A stretch of DNA of 57,161 nt from Dehalococcoidia bacterium UBA2979 (GTDB lineage: Bacteria; Chloroflexota; Dehalococcoidia; UBA2979). Below the pieces are notes generated by a model. That model was not told where the DNA came from. It did not search any database and saw only the letters and a program-made list of their open reading frames with translations. The DNA lies in NCBI GenBank assembly GCA_002348225.1, contig DEAP01000008.1, positions 1 through 57,161 on the forward strand, given 5' to 3'. Both the position numbers and the translations under genes were made by a program. Position 1 is the first letter of the stretch; the number at the start of each line of letters is the position of its first letter. Of the stretch, positions 26,431 through 35,098 are shown piece by piece.

Positions 26431-26465
26431 CGCACCAAAACCTAGCTACAAAGGTTTAAAGTGCG
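26431..26465 (+). promoter_or_regulatory. structured leader hairpin immediately upstream of the infC SD
   Basis: CGCAC/GTGCG and AAACCT/AGGTTT pair around the loop AGCTACAA. The stem ends 9 nt before AGGAGG. Any function is inferred only. Confidence 0.3.
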
Positions 26466-26486
26466 CTAGCCGCTAGGAGGAATAGC

Positions 26487-27026
26487 ATAGCGAAAGAATT
26501 GCGTATCAATGAAGAAATTCGGGCCGCTGAAGTGCGGGTCGTGAGAGACGAGGAGCAGCTCGGGGTGATGCCCGTTGCGCAAGCTCAAGATCTTGCAGAT
26601 AACGCTGACTTAGATCTAGTTGAAATAGCACCTGCGGCCTCTCCACCAGTAGTCAAAATTATGGACTACGGCAAATGGAAATATGCGCAAAGTAAAAAAG
26701 AACGTGAAGCTCGCCGAGGATCAAAGGCGGTAGAGCTTAGAGAAGTCAGAATGAGAGTAAAAATCGGACAGCATGATAAAGATTTTAAAGTCCGGACAGC
26801 AAGAAAACTCTTAGCCGGTGGCGATAAGGTGAAGGTTTCGGTAGTCTTTAGAGTACGAGAAATTACTCATCCGGAAGTAGGAGAAGAACTTTTAGCTTGG
26901 TTCTTCGAACAACTGGAAGATGTTGCAGAACAAGAAAGAAAGGCGGGCATGGAAGGGCGATTCATGACAATGACTCTTGAGCCTATCCGTAAAGCACCGT
27001 CGAAAAAAGCTGAGCCAGTAGGCTAA
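26487..27026 (+). CDS. infC: translation initiation factor IF-3, probable ATA start codon
   Basis: IAKELRINEEIRAAEVRVV... matches the IF-3 N-terminal domain. AGGAGG (26475-26480) lies 6 nt before ATA 26487. The TTG used by the ORF track (26499) is 18 nt from the SD. Confidence 0.9.
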   Translation: MAKELRINEEIRAAEVRVVRDEEQLGVMPVAQAQDLADNADLDLVEIAPAASPPVVKIMDYGKWKYAQSKKEREARRGSKAVELREVRMRVKIGQHDKDFKVRTARKLLAGGDKVKVSVVFRVREITHPEVGEELLAWFFEQLEDVAEQERKAGMEGRFMTMTLEPIRKAPSKKAEPVG

Positions 27027-27071
27027 TTACCTGGCATATTGCTGACAAAACAATTGATTGGAGCATCTACT

Positions 27072-27263
27072 GTGCCAAAAATGAAAACCCATAAGGGTAC
27101 GGCGAAACGAGTAAGAATTACGGGCAGCGGTAAAATTATGCTCCGTGCACGAAATCCAAAACGAAACAAGCGGGCTCGCTCGAAGCTTTACCAGAATCTT
27201 AAGGATGTGGCCTCACATACCTCAGTTAATCGGGCGATTCGCAAGAACCTCCCCTACGCCTAA
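27072..27263 (+). CDS. rpmI: 50S ribosomal protein L35
   Basis: (V)PKMKTHKGTAKRVRITGSGK is the canonical L35 N-terminus. The start is GTG 27072, with GGAG upstream. Confidence 0.9.
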   Translation: MPKMKTHKGTAKRVRITGSGKIMLRARNPKRNKRARSKLYQNLKDVASHTSVNRAIRKNLPYA

Positions 27264-27287
27264 AAATTAGAATTAAGGAACATCGTA

Positions 27288-27656
27288 ATGCCAAGAGTTC
27301 GCTCCAGAGTACAAACCCGCAGAAGACATAAGAAAGTAATGCTCTATACCAAAGGGCACCGAGGAAAACGCCGGACAAATTTCAAAGTAGCACACCAAAG
27401 CATGATGCATGCCCTCAGATACTCTACGGACCACCGGAGAGAACGTCGTAGAGATTTTCGCCGATTATGGATCGTACGCATCAACGCTGCGGCGCGGGCT
27501 AATGGTCTGACCTACGGGCGGTTGATTCACGGATTGTCACTGGCGGACATTAATCTCGATCGGAAGTCGCTAGCTGAGCTGGCAGTATCTGACCCTGAAG
27601 CTTTCACACTAATCTGTGAAAACGCGAGTCAGGCGCTGCAAACTTCAGCAGCGTAG
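27288..27656 (+). CDS. rplT: 50S ribosomal protein L20
   Basis: MPRVRSRVQTRRRHKKVMLYTKGHRG is the canonical L20 N-terminus. 122 aa. Confidence 0.95.
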   Translation: MPRVRSRVQTRRRHKKVMLYTKGHRGKRRTNFKVAHQSMMHALRYSTDHRRERRRDFRRLWIVRINAAARANGLTYGRLIHGLSLADINLDRKSLAELAVSDPEAFTLICENASQALQTSAA

Positions 27657-27693
27657 TCTACTCAGTGAGTTTGGCTCATAGGGAGAACCACCT

Positions 27694-28281
27694 ATGGATG
27701 TATGGTCAGCGATTACAGAACGAAAAAGCACAACTACATTTTCCTCAGAAACGCCCTCAAAGGACTTGATCGAAGCTGTTCTCGAGGCCTTTACCTGGGC
27801 CCCGACCCATCACCTTAATCAGTCATGGCGTTTTGACGTGTTCACTGGAGTTGGTTTAGAGAGATTAGCTGATCTTGATATTGAGGTAAGCCTTTCAGAA
27901 CTTCCTGAACAGATTGATAAGGCGGCCAAAGATAAAATAATTGATGCCCGCAAGACTACCGTTCTATCAGCTCCGGTCGCCATCATAATCAGTGTGCCGG
28001 AATACAGTGACGGGAAAAGCAGATACTTGGAAGAATTATCAGCCGGAGCTGCAGGTATTCAGAATCTGCTATTAGCAGCTCATGAAAAAGGACTGGCTAG
28101 CAGATGGCGCACTGGGAAACTGTCCCGAAGCATGAAGGCAAAATTGTATTTAGGGCTAAAGGAAAACGAAGAAATTATTGGTATCGTGCATCTTGGATAT
28201 GCGGCCGAGAACAAATCTGACTCGGGAGTAGATCGTTATCGAATTCCGGTAGCTGATAAAATTACGTGGCATGATTCTTAA
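27694..28281 (+). CDS. nitroreductase-family protein
   Basis: 195 aa. The N-terminal ITERKSTTTFS and APTHHLNQSWRF patterns are typical of the NfsB/NADH-oxidase nitroreductase fold. Confidence 0.8.
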   Translation: MDVWSAITERKSTTTFSSETPSKDLIEAVLEAFTWAPTHHLNQSWRFDVFTGVGLERLADLDIEVSLSELPEQIDKAAKDKIIDARKTTVLSAPVAIIISVPEYSDGKSRYLEELSAGAAGIQNLLLAAHEKGLASRWRTGKLSRSMKAKLYLGLKENEEIIGIVHLGYAAENKSDSGVDRYRIPVADKITWHDS

Positions 28282-28291
28282 GGATGTGGAA

Positions 28292-28756
28292 ATGCGATTC
28301 ATAGAAGACCCACCGTTCACTCTTAACTCCCGTGATGGAATGCTCAATTTTGACGGTCGTGTGTTGACTGTGACGGACATGTTGGCGAACCGCCTCTTTT
28401 GGCTATCAGGAACTGGCACATTGATGGGACTGCTTTTAACTGTGCTTTTCATAGGTATCCCGATAGTTGGTGCCGGACTAACCGGTATTGTTATTTCACG
28501 ACTAATTAGGAAAACTAATCTAGGAAGACATCAGGAACATTTCGACTTATCCGCCATTCGGACGGTAACTCTACATGAACCTAAACGATGGCCATTTGGG
28601 CGTCTGATAATAAATGTCATAGAGGCCAACGGTCCTATGCAGCATGAGTTCATTTTCCCGTGGCACCGGACTCAAGCCGCAGTAAAACTGAAACGAGAGA
28701 TTGACGGTGCCCTTCCGGACAGAGTTTATCAAGACCCCGCGCAAACTGACGCGTGA
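28292..28756 (+). CDS. hypothetical membrane protein (two transmembrane helices followed by a small soluble domain, possibly bacterial PH-like)
   Basis: ATG 28292 (MRFIEDPPF) avoids overlap with the upstream stop. The hydrophobic hairpin is LFWLSGTGTLMGLLLTVLFIGIPIVGAGLTGIVI. The fold assignment is speculative. Confidence 0.5.
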   Translation: MRFIEDPPFTLNSRDGMLNFDGRVLTVTDMLANRLFWLSGTGTLMGLLLTVLFIGIPIVGAGLTGIVISRLIRKTNLGRHQEHFDLSAIRTVTLHEPKRWPFGRLIINVIEANGPMQHEFIFPWHRTQAAVKLKREIDGALPDRVYQDPAQTDA

Positions 28757-28768
28757 TCGGCTAGCTCA

Positions 28769-31192
28769 ATGTTTGTTTCGCTCGACTGGCTGCGTGAGTA
28801 TTTAGATATTCCGACAGATATAAACATCGATGAGTTCGCTGATCGTATAACTGCAGCTTCAGCCGAGGTTGAAGGCATTCGTGCATTGGGTGCTGATTGG
28901 GGCGAATTGATCACCGTTGGACAAGTACTTGAAATAAATTCCCACCCCGATGCAGATAAACTTAGACTGGCAACTGTCGATCACGGTGCAGACACTCCAT
29001 CCACTGTGGTATGCGGCGCTCCCAACCTTGCGGTCGATCAAAAAATAGCTTTCGCGCAAGAGGGCGCTATGGTCACTAATCCTGCTAACGGCCAATTAAC
29101 AAAATTAAAAAAAGCCAAAATTCGAGGAATAGAAAGTTCGGGAATGGTCCTCTCAGAAGCTGAGCTCGGCTTATCGGAGGCACATGATGGAATCTTGGTT
29201 CTACACGAATCAGCCCCGATTGGTGAAACACTTAAAAATCATCTTGGAGACATCATCCTTGACGTCCATGTTTGGCCAAATCGACCTGACATGATGTCCA
29301 TGCTTGGGATATCCAGGGAAATCGGGACAATACTTGATCTTCCGTTAGCCGAACCCGCATTAACCACTCCTGAAGAGAACAATTCGTTAGGAGGCGATCC
29401 CGTAATCAAGATCGCGGACACAGACGACTGTCGGCGATACTCAGGAATAGTCATCGAAAACCTGTATAACGGACCTTCACCTAAGTGGCTCCAAACCCGA
29501 TTGAATGCGGCTGGAGTGCGTTCTATTAACTCAATAGTGGATATCACCAATTATGTAATGATGGAGATCGGCCAGCCACTTCATGCTTTTGACCTGAATA
29601 GCTTGCAGGGTGCAATAGAGATCAGACGGGCTAAAAACACAGAGCAAATAGTCACTATAGACGGCGAGACACACAAATTGGATGAAGAAGTTTTAGTAAT
29701 CGCAGATAGTTCCGGGCCAATCGCACTTGCTGGGGTGATGGGTGGCGCCAAAACTGAGGTCACCGAAAGCACCACATCTATTCTTTTGGAGGCTGCTCAT
29801 TTCAATCCTGCTCTAATCCGACGTTGCGCACAGCGATTCAATCTCCATTCTGAAGCGTCTCGTCGATTCGAACGAGGACTTTCGTCAGATCTCGTGGAAC
29901 ATGCCGCACATCGAGCTCTAAATCTCTACAAGGTGATTTGTGGTGGTGCACAAAACAGTAACTTTGTAGACGAATATTCCAAGCCTCCAACTCGACCATC
30001 CATCGCTATAACTCCCCAAGATATAGAGCGAGTTTTGGGTATATCGATCGGATCGAGTGAGATTACTAGAATCTTAGATTCTTTGGGCTATGCACTTGAT
30101 GAACAAAATGATTGCTTCGAAGTTGTGCCACCCTCTTGGAGAACTGATGTTGAAATAATGGAGGATATTGCCGAGGACATTGTCAGGCTTATAGGCTATG
30201 ACAATCTACCAGCAGAACCTATTTCCGGCCCCATACCTCTATGGGAGTCTGATGACAGTCAACGCCAAGATAAAATCATCGATTCTTTCTGCCAGGCAGG
30301 ATTTCAAGAGATCATCTCTTACTCACTAACGACGGCGGAACAGCTCTCCAAAGTCCTACCCGATGGGCATCTAGAGAATTATCCACCTATGTCACTGCAA
30401 TATCCTCTTTCGTCAGAAAGAGCTGTCCTACGGACATCTTTACGACACTCTTTACTTGAAACTGCAAGCCAACAACTAAAAGAAGATACTCGGCAGGTTG
30501 CCATCTTTGAAATGGCGCCGATCTACCTTAAAAACAAAAGCGACCACCACACAGAAAAACAAATGCTCTGTGCTGCGGTCTTAGGACATGAGTTAGATCG
30601 GTGGGGACAACCCACGGATATAACCTTCGATTTTTTCCGGGCGAAAGGTTTACTTGACTCAGCACTTGCTGGGTTACGGCTAGATTACAAATACGTGGAA
30701 ACTAGCAACTCGGATCCTAGTGCAGAAGTAACCTATGGGTTTAGTAACTCGATACTTGTCTGTCACAAGGGTGAAACTTTTGGGGTTATCGGAGATGTCC
30801 GAGCAGATATTGCAAACGAATTTGGAATTGAGATTCCAGTCACTCTAATTGACATAGATACTGCTGTGCTGATTCAAGCATTGAATGAACGAAATATCCC
30901 CCATATCGGTGGCAACACCCCGGTGGTGGAGCACGATATTTCTGTAATTGTTGACAAAGCTACTCCGGCAAATAACCTGATAGAGATTATCGAATCTGCT
31001 CCACTCGTCAAGCGAGTGGAAATATTTGATATCTACGAGGGTGAACCTTTCAATGAAAATGAGAAATCAGTATCACTTAGAATCCAGTGGCAAGCCCCAG
31101 ACAGAACTTTGACCGGCGGCGAAGTTCAAACATTTCTCGCAAAAATACTGAAGAACATAAAACAACAAACCGGCGGAATAATGAGAACATGA
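28769..31192 (+). CDS. pheT: phenylalanine--tRNA ligase beta subunit
   Basis: 807 aa. MFVSLDWLREYLDI is the typical PheT N-terminus. The tRNA-binding, B3/4, B5 and FDX-ACB regions are recognisable by length and motifs. Confidence 0.93.
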   Translation: MFVSLDWLREYLDIPTDINIDEFADRITAASAEVEGIRALGADWGELITVGQVLEINSHPDADKLRLATVDHGADTPSTVVCGAPNLAVDQKIAFAQEGAMVTNPANGQLTKLKKAKIRGIESSGMVLSEAELGLSEAHDGILVLHESAPIGETLKNHLGDIILDVHVWPNRPDMMSMLGISREIGTILDLPLAEPALTTPEENNSLGGDPVIKIADTDDCRRYSGIVIENLYNGPSPKWLQTRLNAAGVRSINSIVDITNYVMMEIGQPLHAFDLNSLQGAIEIRRAKNTEQIVTIDGETHKLDEEVLVIADSSGPIALAGVMGGAKTEVTESTTSILLEAAHFNPALIRRCAQRFNLHSEASRRFERGLSSDLVEHAAHRALNLYKVICGGAQNSNFVDEYSKPPTRPSIAITPQDIERVLGISIGSSEITRILDSLGYALDEQNDCFEVVPPSWRTDVEIMEDIAEDIVRLIGYDNLPAEPISGPIPLWESDDSQRQDKIIDSFCQAGFQEIISYSLTTAEQLSKVLPDGHLENYPPMSLQYPLSSERAVLRTSLRHSLLETASQQLKEDTRQVAIFEMAPIYLKNKSDHHTEKQMLCAAVLGHELDRWGQPTDITFDFFRAKGLLDSALAGLRLDYKYVETSNSDPSAEVTYGFSNSILVCHKGETFGVIGDVRADIANEFGIEIPVTLIDIDTAVLIQALNERNIPHIGGNTPVVEHDISVIVDKATPANNLIEIIESAPLVKRVEIFDIYEGEPFNENEKSVSLRIQWQAPDRTLTGGEVQTFLAKILKNIKQQTGGIMRT

Positions 31193-31206
31193 TTAAAGCA
31201 ATTAGA

Positions 31207-32406
31207 CTAGTTTTCGCAGAGTATCAGGGGCACTAGCATTTCGTCAGCAGTGAGCCCACTGTGGTGTGATTTCATGCGAAGGAAACTTTCTTGTCCAGGG
31301 TACCCGCCGTATCGCAATGCAGTGGCACCTTTCGCGATAGAGACAAAATCGCCAAATCGAGAGAGTATCTCAGCTTTAGGATTAGAGTCACCGAATAGGT
31401 TCATGTCGAGCGCTTCCTGGGTTCTAAGTAGGTAGAATTTGTCGCCATACTGATTTTTAAATTCCTCGATGAATTCATTAGATACTGCAGGATTACAGAC
31501 CCAGTAGTGCATGCGCATATCTCCAAAAGGTGGACTGTCTAAATAAGACATTAGATATGAATCGGGTTCCAACGTCAGATGCTCATCTATCGCAAGGTGA
31601 CCATGATCTGCAGTCACAATGATTTTAAAGTTCAAATGCTTTGCCGTAAGTTGAGTCACAAGAGAATGCATTACCTGGTCAATTTGTGCGATCGAGTCCG
31701 AGACTGTGGCGCCAGGTCCATCACGGTGAGCCAGGGTATCCGGATTTGCCGTATACACATATGAATATGTCGGCCGTGTCTTACTTTTTATACTTTCTGG
31801 CAGTATGGTGGGCAGCTCGTCAAAAGACTGAAATCCAATCCTCTCCACCCCAAAAAAAGCATGATCCGAATAGGTACTTCGAATCAAATTATCGGGTAAG
31901 AAACAAAGGTTGTCTCTATTAGAAAGTGGAAGGATTGGGTCCCAGTCATATAATTCGGTTAGTGCAGGCATCGATTCGAAAAGAGACGCTTTGTTCAGAG
32001 CAACTTCATTATGGAATACGGTTACTGGATTTTCAATAGCATCCAACCAGGTCCACCAACCATTTATTCCGTGAATTGCGGGTGGCAAACCCGTGGAAAG
32101 TGACGTTAACGCGACTGGAGTCGTTGACGGAAACACTGAGATGATGGATTCACGCATATGAGTGTTCAACCAGCTGTCAGAGGGAGCATACTCTGCTAGC
32201 ATCTGTGACCCGAGCCCATCTAGGATCACAAAAATCAGGTGTTCCGCGTCAGTCCCAATATCGATGGTTCGCGCATCATCATACGGTAGTCGCCTTCCAA
32301 CTAACTGACACACTGAATTCACCAAGTCAACAAGATCCGGTGACTGCCTCGGCCGGATAAGTACACGATCAGTAAACGCAGTACCGAGTTCTTGGGCATC
32401 ATTCAT
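31207..32406 (-). CDS. alkaline-phosphatase-superfamily protein (type I phosphodiesterase / nucleotide pyrophosphatase-like)
   Basis: FVILDGLGS (metal Asp), FPSTTPVALTSLSTG (nucleophile region) and VTADHGH match the NPP/AlkP core motifs. 399 aa. Confidence 0.7.
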   Translation of the reverse strand: MNDAQELGTAFTDRVLIRPRQSPDLVDLVNSVCQLVGRRLPYDDARTIDIGTDAEHLIFVILDGLGSQMLAEYAPSDSWLNTHMRESIISVFPSTTPVALTSLSTGLPPAIHGINGWWTWLDAIENPVTVFHNEVALNKASLFESMPALTELYDWDPILPLSNRDNLCFLPDNLIRSTYSDHAFFGVERIGFQSFDELPTILPESIKSKTRPTYSYVYTANPDTLAHRDGPGATVSDSIAQIDQVMHSLVTQLTAKHLNFKIIVTADHGHLAIDEHLTLEPDSYLMSYLDSPPFGDMRMHYWVCNPAVSNEFIEEFKNQYGDKFYLLRTQEALDMNLFGDSNPKAEILSRFGDFVSIAKGATALRYGGYPGQESFLRMKSHHSGLTADEMLVPLILCEN

Positions 32407-32432
32407 TGGTTAATCACCAGCCCGAAATTCCT

Positions 32433-32678
32433 CTAGGAAAGATTAACAACCAGGCAGGTCAGTGTGGTCGTAACACCTGAAATAGTGGCCACATCTTCTG
32501 TTATCGCACGACCAAGTTCATCGAGTGACTCTGCCTCCAACTGGACGATCACATCGTACTGCCCCGTGACTGTGTCAACAGAGAGGACCTTGCAATGTTC
32601 TGTCTCTATTCGCTCCAAACCCTTGGTGACAGCCCTAGCTGCTCCCACCTCTGTCCCAACCAATACATATCCACGCAT
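32433..32678 (-). CDS. stand-alone Lrp/AsnC ligand-binding (RAM) domain protein
   Basis: 81 aa with no HTH. The pattern MRGYVLV...VTGQYDVIVQLEAESLDELGRAI...GVTTTLTCLV resembles the AsnC-type effector domain. Confidence 0.7.
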   Translation of the reverse strand: MRGYVLVGTEVGAARAVTKGLERIETEHCKVLSVDTVTGQYDVIVQLEAESLDELGRAITEDVATISGVTTTLTCLVVNLS

Positions 32679-32750
32679 TTAATCGAACACTCCTTAAAGA
32701 AACACCAGACATATACCCATTTAGTCGAAGGTTCAACTAGACTTCTATAC

Positions 32751-33797
32751 ATGTCAGAAGCCACCCCACTCGACATGATAAAGACTAGCCTAGATCAAGC
32801 CAAACAACGACTTGAACTTGCTCAAGATTCCGACGACCTGGAAGCTTGGCGGCTGGAGGTTTTAGGCAGACAGGGCTCAGTCACCGCCATGATGAGAGGT
32901 ATTGGAGAATTGCCGCCTGAAATCCGGAAGGAGTTCGGAAAGCAGGTAAATCTCGCAAGAAAACAGCTGGAATCTGCCTATGAAGACGCTACAGCAAATA
33001 TAAACACTGGAAATCACTCGTCTGATGCACTAGACGCGACATTACCGGGAACACCTACCCTACGGGGTGGCCTACATCCAATCACAGTGGTTAGAAGACA
33101 AATACTTGACGTATTCACTAGACTTGGCTTCACAACAGTGGAAGGTCCTGAGGTTGAGCAAGATAGCTACAATTTTGGCAAGCTGCGCATCCCAGCTGAT
33201 CATCCCGCTCGGGACATGTGGGACACCTTCTGGCTGAATGAACAAAATTCTGATGAAAAATTACTGCTTCGAACCCATACAAGTCCAATGCAGATTCGAT
33301 ATATGGAAGATCACCCTACCCCGCCAATACGAATAGCCGTCCCCGGCCGCTGCTACCGATATGAAGCAACCGACGCCACACACGAATGGATGCTCGAACA
33401 AGTTGAGCTGTTGGCAATCGATAAGGGAATTACTTTGGCTAATCTGAAGGGAACATTACAGGAATGGGCGAGACAAATGTTCGGGGCCAAACGTAAGATA
33501 ATGATGCGACACTCGTATTTCCCTTTCGTAGAGCCTGGAGTTGAGGTCGCTATTGATTGTTTCAAATGCGATGGAAGCGAGCGTGATTGTGGGATTTGCC
33601 GTGGTTCGGGCTGGCTCGAATTATTAGGAGCAGGGATGGTTCATCCTGACATAATACGAGATGCAGGATACGACCCAACCATCTACACGGGTTTTGCGGC
33701 CGGAATGGGAGTCGAACGCATAGCAATGGTGTTACAAGGGGTAACCGACATTAGGCATTATCATAGTAATAGGTTCAGTTTCCTCTCACAGTTTTAA
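32751..33797 (+). CDS. pheS: phenylalanine--tRNA ligase alpha subunit
   Basis: Start at ATG 32751 (MSEATPLD...). Class II motifs HPARDMWDTF, LLRTHTSPMQIRYM, GRCYRYE and FAAGMGVERIAM are present. The upstream part of the track ORF is a spurious extension. Confidence 0.93.
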   Translation: MSEATPLDMIKTSLDQAKQRLELAQDSDDLEAWRLEVLGRQGSVTAMMRGIGELPPEIRKEFGKQVNLARKQLESAYEDATANINTGNHSSDALDATLPGTPTLRGGLHPITVVRRQILDVFTRLGFTTVEGPEVEQDSYNFGKLRIPADHPARDMWDTFWLNEQNSDEKLLLRTHTSPMQIRYMEDHPTPPIRIAVPGRCYRYEATDATHEWMLEQVELLAIDKGITLANLKGTLQEWARQMFGAKRKIMMRHSYFPFVEPGVEVAIDCFKCDGSERDCGICRGSGWLELLGAGMVHPDIIRDAGYDPTIYTGFAAGMGVERIAMVLQGVTDIRHYHSNRFSFLSQF

Positions 33798-33825
33798 GCC
33801 GCTCGCAGACATAGGATCTTGAGAA

Positions 33826-34260
33826 ATGTCAGAAGATAAGAACGATAAAAACATCGAAGATGAGATAGAGGAGCTGTTGGGGAAAATAGATGATTTCCCC
33901 GAGGATACTACTCCAAAAGAGCCTAGATTCGAAGTAGTAAGAGAATTTATCTCCGAACTCAGCAATAAAATTACTATTCCAGTATCTTCCTTACTTTCAA
34001 GGGTTACGGTGGGCAACTTAGTGCTTTGGGCAGTGGTATTTATTGTAACGAGCATGATTGTCCGGAGAGTCTTCCCACTAGCAGTATGGGGAGTCCCGTT
34101 GGGTTTAGCTCTGCTTGTCGCGGCGTTCGGGATGATCGTCTTTGGCACTAACTCCTCTAATGGCATTGAGCAGATGTGGCGAGGAAAAACCATAGAGTTT
34201 AAACAGCCACCACTGATATTTCGTCTCTGGCGCAAAGCTCGTACTTTATTCAGACGCTAA
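33826..34260 (+). CDS. hypothetical membrane protein (acidic N-terminus, two transmembrane helices, basic C-terminus)
   Basis: 144 aa. It is preferred over the antisense 149-aa ORF, which is Ser-rich low complexity. Confidence 0.5.
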   Translation: MSEDKNDKNIEDEIEELLGKIDDFPEDTTPKEPRFEVVREFISELSNKITIPVSSLLSRVTVGNLVLWAVVFIVTSMIVRRVFPLAVWGVPLGLALLVAAFGMIVFGTNSSNGIEQMWRGKTIEFKQPPLIFRLWRKARTLFRR

Positions 34261-34318
34261 AGGAATTTGTTATCTACTGGTAGTATCATAAACAGGCGGG
34301 GCGGCAAAGGTTTGGACT

Positions 34319-34963
34319 ATGCCTAGTTTTGATGGGCTTTCCTTGGCAAAGCACGCTGGTATGTTTGCGGCGTTTCTCATATTAAGTGGTTGCAGTTTAG
34401 GCCTCGGCGACTCCGAAGAACGAAGTGTAAAAGAAGTGCCGGCACAGGGAAAACAATTCCCCATTTACACAGTCTCAGCTCCTTTGGCACCTACTGCTAC
34501 TCCACAGCACACCACCGTAAACAGTTCCGATAAGTCAGCCAGCACAGAGACCGGACAAGCTGAGGCTTCTGTGAGGGAAACCCACAGCCACGATATCTAT
34601 GTCGTCAAATCCGGAGACTCCCTCACTTCGATTTCGGCCGCACTCGGACTCACTGTGCAGGAACTACTAGAGCTCAACCCGGAACAGACAGACGACCTAA
34701 TCTATGTTGGCCAAAGACTCAAGGTCGCCAGCCCAACTACCGCAAATGAAGAACTGGATCAAAAGAACGATAACGCGTCGGAGGCTGTGAGTGAAAATCA
34801 AACTATACCAACTGTCCTATACGAGGTGGTTGCCGGCGACGCGGCAATTTTGATAGCTGAGCGATTTCAGATCAGTTATCTGACCCTTGAATTATTAAAT
34901 CCTGACGTGGATTTGTCTATGATTTACATCGGTCAAATACTCAACGTACCAGCAGAGAATTGA
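34319..34963 (+). CDS. lipoprotein with two LysM domains
   Basis: Lipobox LILSGCS. LysM repeats YVVKSGDSLTSISAALGLTVQELLELNP...VGQRLKV and YEVVAGDAAILIAERFQISYLTLELLNP...IGQILNVP. Confidence 0.8.
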   Translation: MPSFDGLSLAKHAGMFAAFLILSGCSLGLGDSEERSVKEVPAQGKQFPIYTVSAPLAPTATPQHTTVNSSDKSASTETGQAEASVRETHSHDIYVVKSGDSLTSISAALGLTVQELLELNPEQTDDLIYVGQRLKVASPTTANEELDQKNDNASEAVSENQTIPTVLYEVVAGDAAILIAERFQISYLTLELLNPDVDLSMIYIGQILNVPAEN

Positions 34964-34978
34964 TATTTTACGAAGTCA

Positions 34979-34998
34979 CAGTGATATTCTCAGTGATA
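34979..34998 (+). repeat. short direct repeat CAGTGATA-N4-CAGTGATA in the pccB upstream region
   Basis: Read directly from the sequence. TGATATT also occurs at 34961. Significance unknown. Confidence 0.3.
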
Positions 34999-35098
34999 GG
35001 AAACGAGTAGCGGACTGGGAGCATCTCCGAGATACTCACGTGTATTAAAACAATATTCTTAATAATTATAATTAAATGACTCGGAAGGATTTTTTTAA

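Noticed and set aside
32595-32750. The track ORF extends pheS 52 codons upstream, overlapping the divergent RAM-domain gene.
   Set aside because: The extension is Cys/Ser/His-rich nonsense. ATG 32751 gives a normal PheS N-terminal coiled-coil region.
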